Shown one piece after another: positions 16,547 through 22,922 of a DNA stretch of 22,922 nt; position 1 is the first letter of the stretch; every line of letters starts with the position of its first letter. The DNA comes from Candidatus Wukongarchaeum yapensis. Lineage in GTDB: Archaea > Asgardarchaeota > Wukongarchaeia > Wukongarchaeales > Wukongarchaeaceae. A program made the position numbers and the translations under genes. The DNA is taken from positions 1-22,922 of the forward strand of contig JAEOSI010000009.1 in assembly GCA_016840425.1 (NCBI GenBank), read 5' to 3'. The notes beneath the pieces were generated by a model. That model did no database searches. It was not told the origin of the DNA and saw only the letters and a list, made by a program, of their open reading frames with translations.

Positions 16547-17293
16547 TTACTCTTTAGATAATACTACTCCCTCTGTTGGTGTGATTGTGTAATGTAATGG
16601 TTCTTTTAAATAACCGAACAAAGGTGATTTAATAACCCTTAAAAATCTATTAAAACGTTTACTAACTTTTTCTACGGAAAATCGAATCACTATATCTGCA
16701 AAGTTCTCAAGCATTGCTAAACCCTTCTCACTAGCGATTCGAGGATCGAGTAGGTACAAAGCAGTACCAAGCGGTTTGTACTTCATCCTCGAGGCATAAA
16801 CAAATTTTAAAGCTTCATCTTCCCCAGTAAAATGGAGTAAACGTCCAGCAGAAAGGATAACGCCGAAATATTCTCCTGGCTGGGTTCTTTGCAAAATCTC
16901 CTCCCTTAATTTATGTGCAAAGTTACCAATATAGGTTATATCAGTAGGGCGTTTACAATAATATTTTTCTTTTGGATAAAAACTTTCAAGATCGAAAGCA
17001 TGTGTAAACATGTCCGCTAAGATAAACTTCCCTTCTTCTTCATATTTTTTCAAATTCCAACCGTAAGTCTTCATTTTTTCTCGCAAATCCATGGGCGGCA
17101 AATCAAAGTCATAAATAACACCTAAGTCCCCTGCCTTCAACCGATTCCACAAAATCTGTAATGCAACAATATCAGATTCAGAACCAATATCTGTTAAAAA
17201 AAGGATCATAGAATTTCGAGGGATACCGCGGCCCAAAATCTCATTAAACTTGTCTATTCCCGTAGAAATAAGGCGTTCAGATTCTCTCTCCAT
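16547..17293 (-). CDS. KaiC/RAD55-like protein with degenerate Walker motifs
   Basis: ISTGIDKFNEILGRGIP start; Walker A position reads TDIGSESD; clear paralog of 257-1507. Confidence 0.8.
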   Translation of the reverse strand: MERESERLISTGIDKFNEILGRGIPRNSMILFLTDIGSESDIVALQILWNRLKAGDLGVIYDFDLPPMDLREKMKTYGWNLKKYEEEGKFILADMFTHAFDLESFYPKEKYYCKRPTDITYIGNFAHKLREEILQRTQPGEYFGVILSAGRLLHFTGEDEALKFVYASRMKYKPLGTALYLLDPRIASEKGLAMLENFADIVIRFSVEKVSKRFNRFLRVIKSPLFGYLKEPLHYTITPTEGVVLSKE

Positions 17294-17386
17294 AGACCGC
17301 CACCATCAACTTTGTTGTAAATAGATAATAAATCTATGATTTATAACACCTAACAACTATTAAAAAGTTCTGTTCTATTGGGCGTT

Positions 17387-19459
17387 TTAAAGCGTTTTTG
17401 GGTTGAATCTTTTGAGTAGTAGGGAGTTTGTGACTACTGTTACTGAGCTTGAAGACATGGCTGCTGCAGCGTAAATTGGGTCTAAGAGTAGGCCTAGTAA
17501 TGGGTATAGTAGACCTGCGGCAATAGGTATTAGGGCGGTGTTGTAGAAGAAGGCCCAGAAAAGGTTTTGTTTAAATTTTCTTACTGTTTGTTTGCTTAGT
17601 TGTATTGCGGCTACTACGTCTCTTAGGTCGTCTTTTACCAGGATTATGTCGCCGGTTTCTACGGCTACGTCTGTTCCGCTCCCGATGGCTATTCCTATAT
17701 CAGCTTGTGCTAGGGCAGGGGCATCGTTTATTCCGTCCCCTACCATGCCTACGATTTTTCCCTCGTCTTGCAACTTTTTTATGACGTTGGCTTTATCTTG
17801 GGGTAGAACCTCTGATAAAACCTTTGTTATTCCAAGTTTTTCCGCTATGGCATCTGCGGTTCTTCTATTGTCGCCTGTGAGCATGATGACTTCGATGCCC
17901 ATTTCTTGGAGTTTTTTCACCGCATCCTTTGAATTTTCTTTTAAAGTATCGGCTACCGCGATAAGCCCCTTGATCATTTTATTTACTGTAAGGATCATTA
18001 TTGTTTTTCCTTCTTTTTCGAGGGCTTGGATTTTTTCTTCTATGTCTTCGTAAGGGATACTGTTATTTTCCATGAGTTTTCGGTTGCCCAAAAGAATTTC
18101 TTCTCCGTCATAAACTGCTTTTACTCCTTGGCCTGGTACTGCTTCAAAAGATTCAGCGTCCGGGATGTCCAAACCTTTTGCTTTTGCTCCTTTTACTATA
18201 GCTTCCCCTAAGGGGTGTTCTGACCCTTTTTCAGCCATGGATGCCAGTTTTAAAACTTCATCCGAGAGTTCGATTGGCACAACGTCTGTTACTGAGGGTT
18301 CTCCTTTGGTGAGAGTTCCTGTTTTGTCAAATACTATTGTTTGTACTTTATAGGCTCTTTCCAGGTATTCTCCGCCCTTGATCAGGATGCCGTTCTCTGC
18401 CCCTTTCCCTGTCCCCACCATGATAGCGGTAGGTGTAGCAATACCTAAAGCACAAGGACAAGCAATTATTAGTACTGCTATGAGTATTGCAAGGGAAAAA
18501 GTAAAGCTTTCATCGCCTATAAAATACCATATAGAGAAGGAGAACAAAGCGATTAATATCACAGAAGGTACGAAGCGGGCGGATATATAATCGGCAAGTC
18601 TCTGCATTGGAGCTTTAGAAAGCTGGGCTTCTTCGACCAAATTTATGATCTGGGAAAGAGTGGTGTCAGATCCAACTTTTATTGCTTTAAATTTTAACAG
18701 TCCCACCTTGTTGAGAGTAGCACCGATAACCTCATCGCCTGGATTTTTCTCTACGGGAATGCTTTCTCCTGTGATCATTGATTCGTCAACAGAAGAATGA
18801 CCTTCAATAACCACCCCATCTACAGGTATCTTTTCTCCAGGCCTAACTACCACTATATCATCAACTTCGACGGATTCTACCGGTATTTCCGTCTCTTCTC
18901 CATCTCTTATAACGTGGGCCATCTTAGGCTGGAGATCCATGAGTTTTATTAAAGCTTCTGAAGCCCTTCCCTTAGCAAGATCCTCTAACAATTTACCTAC
19001 AAGGACTAGGGTTATGATGGCGGCAGCTGTGTCGAAAAATACTTCGGTTTCTTCGAAGATTTCAGGGAAAAATGTTATGATGGTGCTGTAACCATATGCT
19101 GCCGAAGTTCCCATGGCTATTAGGGTGTCCATGTTTGCCGTTCTAACTTTTAAAGCATCAAATGTCCCCTTATAATATCTCCAACCCGCTCCAAACTGTA
19201 CCGGGGTTGCAAATAAGAAAAGCCACTTGTTTTTACTGAAAAAAGGTAAAACATCAAAAAAACTGAAAAAGAAAATAAGAACGGTAAAAGTAAAGCTAAA
19301 AACGACTAACAGCTTTAAATTTCTTAGTTCAACTTCAGGCCTCTCAAAGGTTCTTAAACAAGTCTCACTACAAAAATAATACATTCGCCCCCGAATCTCT
19401 GCTTTAAAAGGAGCCTTTTTTTCATCAACATACATACCGCATACAGGATCTTTTGCCAT
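17387..19459 (-). CDS. copA: Cu(I)-translocating P1B-1 ATPase with an N-terminal YHS domain and no HMA domain
   Basis: KDPVCGM...YFCS..C N-terminus, [24 protein letters not shown], and YN and MxxSS in the C-terminal helices. Confidence 0.92.
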   Translation of the reverse strand: MAKDPVCGMYVDEKKAPFKAEIRGRMYYFCSETCLRTFERPEVELRNLKLLVVFSFTFTVLIFFFSFFDVLPFFSKNKWLFLFATPVQFGAGWRYYKGTFDALKVRTANMDTLIAMGTSAAYGYSTIITFFPEIFEETEVFFDTAAAIITLVLVGKLLEDLAKGRASEALIKLMDLQPKMAHVIRDGEETEIPVESVEVDDIVVVRPGEKIPVDGVVIEGHSSVDESMITGESIPVEKNPGDEVIGATLNKVGLLKFKAIKVGSDTTLSQIINLVEEAQLSKAPMQRLADYISARFVPSVILIALFSFSIWYFIGDESFTFSLAILIAVLIIACPCALGIATPTAIMVGTGKGAENGILIKGGEYLERAYKVQTIVFDKTGTLTKGEPSVTDVVPIELSDEVLKLASMAEKGSEHPLGEAIVKGAKAKGLDIPDAESFEAVPGQGVKAVYDGEEILLGNRKLMENNSIPYEDIEEKIQALEKEGKTIMILTVNKMIKGLIAVADTLKENSKDAVKKLQEMGIEVIMLTGDNRRTADAIAEKLGITKVLSEVLPQDKANVIKKLQDEGKIVGMVGDGINDAPALAQADIGIAIGSGTDVAVETGDIILVKDDLRDVVAAIQLSKQTVRKFKQNLFWAFFYNTALIPIAAGLLYPLLGLLLDPIYAAAAMSSSSVTVVTNSLLLKRFNPKTL

Positions 19460-19567
19460 ACTGTTTTCTCCTTCTTTTTCTAAATAGTAGCGTAAATATC
19501 TAAGATCATTTCATTATTTTTTTCAACTTTTTATCTACTTATGAACGTTTTCTTTTCATTTAAATCA

Positions 19568-20040
19568 TTAATAATTAAAGATCTCAAAGAGCTTTTCATC
19601 GAGTTTATGATGGCAGTTAGGGCAAACTGCTTTCACTTTAACCCACCCACGAATATGCTTGACGTGAGCTAGTGTCCCACAATAGGGACAGTAGAAAACT
19701 TCATCTCTATACTGTATGTCACGTTGACTTACCACACATTTCACTCTTTCATAACCGCAGACAGGACAAGTTATAAGGTTAGAAGAAAATTCGGTACCGC
19801 ACTTAAAACACTTGATGACGCGGATAGATTGTAAATGTGACGGTTTAATCTTAATGTCCTCATTCGAGGCGGTGTTTTGATCAATTGCAATATCTTGATG
19901 TTTAGCATATGTACTAGAGTGGGTTCTATGGTCATGTCCTCCATAACAACATGATCCTCTTCTGAAGCAGGAAAATACGAAAAATAATGATAAAATTATC
20001 CAAACTACCCAGATAGTAATATATCCTAATCAAATCTCAT
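19568..20040 (-). CDS. Membrane-anchored zinc-ribbon plus RING-like protein, with a 1-nt frameshift after codon 4 (not in the ORF track)
   Basis: Stop-free frame 20029-19568 (153 aa): TM helix, SCCYGGHDHRTH, CFKC-x10-CPVC, then CVVS-x12-CPYC-x4-H-x2-H-x3-W-x6-CPNC. The ATG at 20040 is one base out of frame. Confidence 0.75.
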
Positions 20041-20244
20041 TCTGCTCTAATATATGATAATTTGTTAAATTGTTAATTTATGACATCTTTTAAGTGGGAT
20101 TACTGCAAAATTTGAAAAGATTCTCAATTATTTAATTGCTATTGTTTAGATTTTTATGAAATATTAAGTAAATACTGAAAAATCTTAATTAAAGAAAATA
20201 TCAACTAATTTTTAGAAAAAACTTCAGTCATATCAACCCATGTA

Positions 20245-21348
20245 CTACCTTAAGATGGGTATGGCGCGATCCTTTTTGCGTTTGGCGAGGGCATGAGGAG
20301 TCGTCAACACTTTCTGGCTGACCTCTCTTGTTTCAAGCCATCCGCTATTGCTTGCTATCTCAACCGCTTCTTTACCTATATCTGTACGAGTTATCAAGGT
20401 TGTCCAACCGTTTTTAGTGCCTACCGCTCCTGCAGAAACGTCAGCCATTTCAGAGGCAAAATCTGAACAAAAACGGCAACCTGTGCGGATATAAGGTTCT
20501 GCCTTTTTCATCGAGATATCCACCAAAGAACCTCCATCTAAGGTCAAGACGAAATCGCGTTTAATATTAATTTTCTTGATATTTGAAAGAGATAATTCCA
20601 TTCCTCCCGCAACAACTTCATCTATGAAATCCGTGTGAAAAGCTTCCATACAAAACAAACCAACAACGAGCTTTATTGCTTTCCCACTCTTCTTACTCCT
20701 AGACTGTTGAAGTCTCCTCACTCCTTCAGTTGAACAAGGTCTCGTAACCACGCTAAAAGATTGAAGCTTAAGCTCCTTTGTAGCCTTTTTAAGAACTGAA
20801 AACTCAAAAGGATAATGATACTTTGTACCAGCAGCAGAAATTATCTCCTCTTTCGTAGTAGCGATCATGGGAACAGGTTTCCATGGCCTTTCAGGGTCCA
20901 TCCGAGTAACAATAGCCCCATCTATATAACCGCTCTCAAGACAGGCACAAAGAATCGATGTAACAGCGCCACCATCCTGTGCCTTTTCCAAAATTTCAGT
21001 CTTTGTCGCCTTTCCGGCCAAAATGTTAAGGTAAGACCCTACTAACCCATCTTTAATTGCTTCTTTCTGGGGTTCCATGTTTATTCTTCCCAAGCCGCGG
21101 GGACAAGCATCGCTACAACGACCGCAACTTATACACTCCCCAATAAGCTTAGGTAGAGCTTCATACCCTATCACTTCCACAGGACACACACCGACGCAAA
21201 CACCACAACCGCAACAATAACCTTTTGAAATAACAAGTTTGTCTAAAACCCCATAATCTGGTCTATCCTTTTTTCTCCTGGTTTTTTTCTTCTGTTCTTT
21301 CATCGTACCTTCATTCTTCATAACTAATTCTTCCGCCAAAATTTTCAT
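20245..21348 (-). CDS. FrhB/FdhB-family (F420 hydrogenase beta-like) protein with N-terminal 2x[4Fe-4S] ferredoxin
   Basis: CCGCGVCVGVCP and CISCGRCSDACP, GGAVTSIL, AAGTKY, GLFCME and CRFCSDFASEMADVSAG. The true start is probably one of the downstream ATGs. Confidence 0.85.
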   Translation of the reverse strand: MKILAEELVMKNEGTMKEQKKKTRRKKDRPDYGVLDKLVISKGYCCGCGVCVGVCPVEVIGYEALPKLIGECISCGRCSDACPRGLGRINMEPQKEAIKDGLVGSYLNILAGKATKTEILEKAQDGGAVTSILCACLESGYIDGAIVTRMDPERPWKPVPMIATTKEEIISAAGTKYHYPFEFSVLKKATKELKLQSFSVVTRPCSTEGVRRLQQSRSKKSGKAIKLVVGLFCMEAFHTDFIDEVVAGGMELSLSNIKKINIKRDFVLTLDGGSLVDISMKKAEPYIRTGCRFCSDFASEMADVSAGAVGTKNGWTTLITRTDIGKEAVEIASNSGWLETREVSQKVLTTPHALAKRKKDRAIPILR

Positions 21349-21389
21349 TCGACATAAAAATAAAACACTAAAATTATTTGGATTTATTT

Positions 21390-21650
21390 TTATCTTATTT
21401 TAGTGTTTTTATAAAACACTGCTATAGCACTGATCCATAAAACTATGAAATAGATTACTGTCAAGACTATATTTAGTCCTATGTCGAAAGTTTTTGTGAA
21501 AGAAACGTCTATTAAGATCTCGGTTGGATGATAGCTTGGTAAAGTCTTCATCCATAGCAGAATAGAATTATAGTAAATAAAAATAGAAAATGCGAAGGAT
21601 GCGAATCTAATGATGGTATCAAAGTTTGTTAGCTTAATCAATAATTTCAA
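21390..21650 (-). CDS. Small hypothetical protein with two predicted TM segments
   Basis: 86-aa ORF with two hydrophobic stretches; fills the intergenic gap; no recognised motif. Confidence 0.4.
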   Translation of the reverse strand: MKLLIKLTNFDTIIRFASFAFSIFIYYNSILLWMKTLPSYHPTEILIDVSFTKTFDIGLNIVLTVIYFIVLWISAIAVFYKNTKIR

Positions 21651-21671
21651 GCTTAATGAGAATCATCATGA

Positions 21672-21752
21672 TGTAGGGAAAATCCTGATTGTAGGGCTGT
21701 AAACGCTCCAAACACGCGGTTTTGCCCTTATTGCAGGGCAAGACTATGGTAG
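21672..21752 (+). pseudogene. 3-prime remnant of a zinc-ribbon membrane paralog
   Basis: Translates to ...CRAVNAPNTRFCPYCRARLW*. Shares AAACGCTCCAAACACGC with ~22865-22881 and is followed by the same TAGAATTTAAGGGTTTT spacer start as at 22343. Confidence 0.75.
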
Positions 21753-21973
21753 AATTTAAGGGTTTTTTATGGCTTTTATTATGGTGTCTACTTTTTCATT
21801 GCTTTTCACAGTGCCTTCTAGGTCTTTTGTAACTGTTTTCCCTCTTTTAGTAAGAAGTGATAAATTCTTCAGCCGAATCTCTTCTCTAAAAAAGGAAAGT
21901 TAAAAATAGTGAGAGATAATTTTTTATTCTGTTTTTATGGTAATTGAAATGAAAAAATAGGAGGATATGCTTT

Positions 21974-22345
21974 TTGGTTGGTTTTTTAAATTTAAACATA
22001 ACTGCTTTGCCTCGCTTTTTAGCCCAGTATCACCCTTGGGGGCGTGATGAGTGGATTGTGGGATTTATAATTTCACTTATATTGGTTTCGCTTATTATTG
22101 TCGTACTTATAGGCCTTTGGATTTATCGTGATGCTGAGAGTAGGGGAGAAAACGGAGTTTTATGGCTACTAATAGTGTTTTTTTTGAATATCATAGGGTT
22201 AATTATTTGGTTGTTAGTAAGGCCTCCTAAAAAAGAGTTAGCAGAAAGAAAGGTTGTTGAGAAGGTTCTCGTATGCCCTTATTGCAGGTTTGAAAATCCT
22301 CCAGATATACGTTTTTGTTCGAATTGTGGTGCAAGCCTAGAATAG
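21974..22345 (+). CDS. Membrane protein with two TM helices (PLDc_N-like) and a C-terminal zinc ribbon
   Basis: WIYRDAESRGENGVLWLLIVFF...WLLVRPP and CPYC-x10-CSNC; GGAGG ribosome-binding site upstream. Confidence 0.8.
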   Translation: MVGFLNLNITALPRFLAQYHPWGRDEWIVGFIISLILVSLIIVVLIGLWIYRDAESRGENGVLWLLIVFFLNIIGLIIWLLVRPPKKELAERKVVEKVLVCPYCRFENPPDIRFCSNCGASLE

Positions 22346-22532
22346 AATTTAAGGGTTTTATCTGGAGTGATAAAGGTTTATTATGGCTCTCTTTTGTAAG
22401 AGTTTTTCTCTCTTTTAAAAAAGTGATACAATCTTTGCTGAATACTCTCTTATCAAAAAAGAAAAGGTAAAAATAGAGGTTTGATTTTCTAATTGTTTCA
22501 TTGTTGATTGAAAATTGGGATAAATTAGGAGG

Positions 22533-22916
22533 ATGTGTTTTTTGGATAAGTTTCTAAATTTAAATATTACAGATTTACTTACCTTGTTAGGACACGATAC
22601 TAGAGGTAGAGTGCCAGGTTGGGAGGTTGGATGGATAGTTTTTGGAGTGGTTATTTGGGTCTTTTTTGTCTTGTTTTTGAGCGTTTTGGTTTATAATGAT
22701 GCAGAGAGGAGGGGAGCAAATGGACTTTTATGGTTTATAGTGGTGTTTTTTACGATGCTTTTAGGTTTAATTATTTGGTTGATAGTAAGACCTCCCAAAA
22801 AAGAGAGAGTAGAAAGAAGAGTTATGGTTGAAAAGGTTCTTGTATGTCCTTATTGTAGGACTGAAAACGCTCCAAACACGCAATTTTGCTCAAATTGTGG
22901 TTCAAGTCTAGAGTAG
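22533..22916 (+). CDS. Paralogous membrane zinc-ribbon protein (likely start TTG 22542)
   Basis: VYNDAERRGANGLLW...WLIVRPP and CPYC-x10-CSNC. The start aligns with the TTG of the upstream paralog. Confidence 0.8.
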   Translation: MCFLDKFLNLNITDLLTLLGHDTRGRVPGWEVGWIVFGVVIWVFFVLFLSVLVYNDAERRGANGLLWFIVVFFTMLLGLIIWLIVRPPKKERVERRVMVEKVLVCPYCRTENAPNTQFCSNCGSSLE

Positions 22917-22922
22917 ATTTAT

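Noticed and set aside
16283-16561. 92-aa + strand hydrophobic ORF
   Set aside because: It is the antisense shadow of the real YHS gene at 16317-16460.
742-21045. Numerous 60-210 aa ORFs in the track antisense to or overlapping real genes (e.g. 4051-4479, 10089-10718, 14237-14680, 17592-18053)
   Set aside because: They are shadow frames of well-supported genes, Ser/Phe/Ile-rich with no motifs.
21672-22916. Template/variable repeat pair of a diversity-generating retroelement
   Set aside because: No reverse transcriptase in the window, and differences are not confined to adenines; tandem duplication explains it.

Overview
AT-rich archaeal window; the gene mix suggests a Bathyarchaeia-like TACK archaeon (inference). 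From left to right it holds: (1) a KaiC/RAD55-like pseudo-ATPase fused to V4R, followed by leuA-leuC-leuD; (2) a partly decayed cofactor/methyl-transfer region with a corrinoid protein, Mrp/ApbC, CooT-CooC, MtaA/CmuA, NifB/NifX, a truncated P-loop/ferredoxin gene and an Isf flavoprotein, interrupted by a non-autonomous IS200/IS605 element (8449-9977; tnpA stub plus full-length tnpB) and other mobile-element scars; (3) a minus-strand copper cluster; (4) a stand-alone FrhB-family gene and a tandem array of membrane zinc-ribbon paralogs running to the window edge. The copper cluster is the best candidate for an undescribed system. Its order is: membrane zinc-ribbon/RING-like gene (missed by the ORF track, 5' frameshift) > YHS-CopA > second KaiC-like pseudo-ATPase > stand-alone 47-aa YHS protein (also missed) > HMA-thioredoxin fusion > B3/B4 domain protein. 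All family assignments come from motif recognition by eye; no database searches were run.
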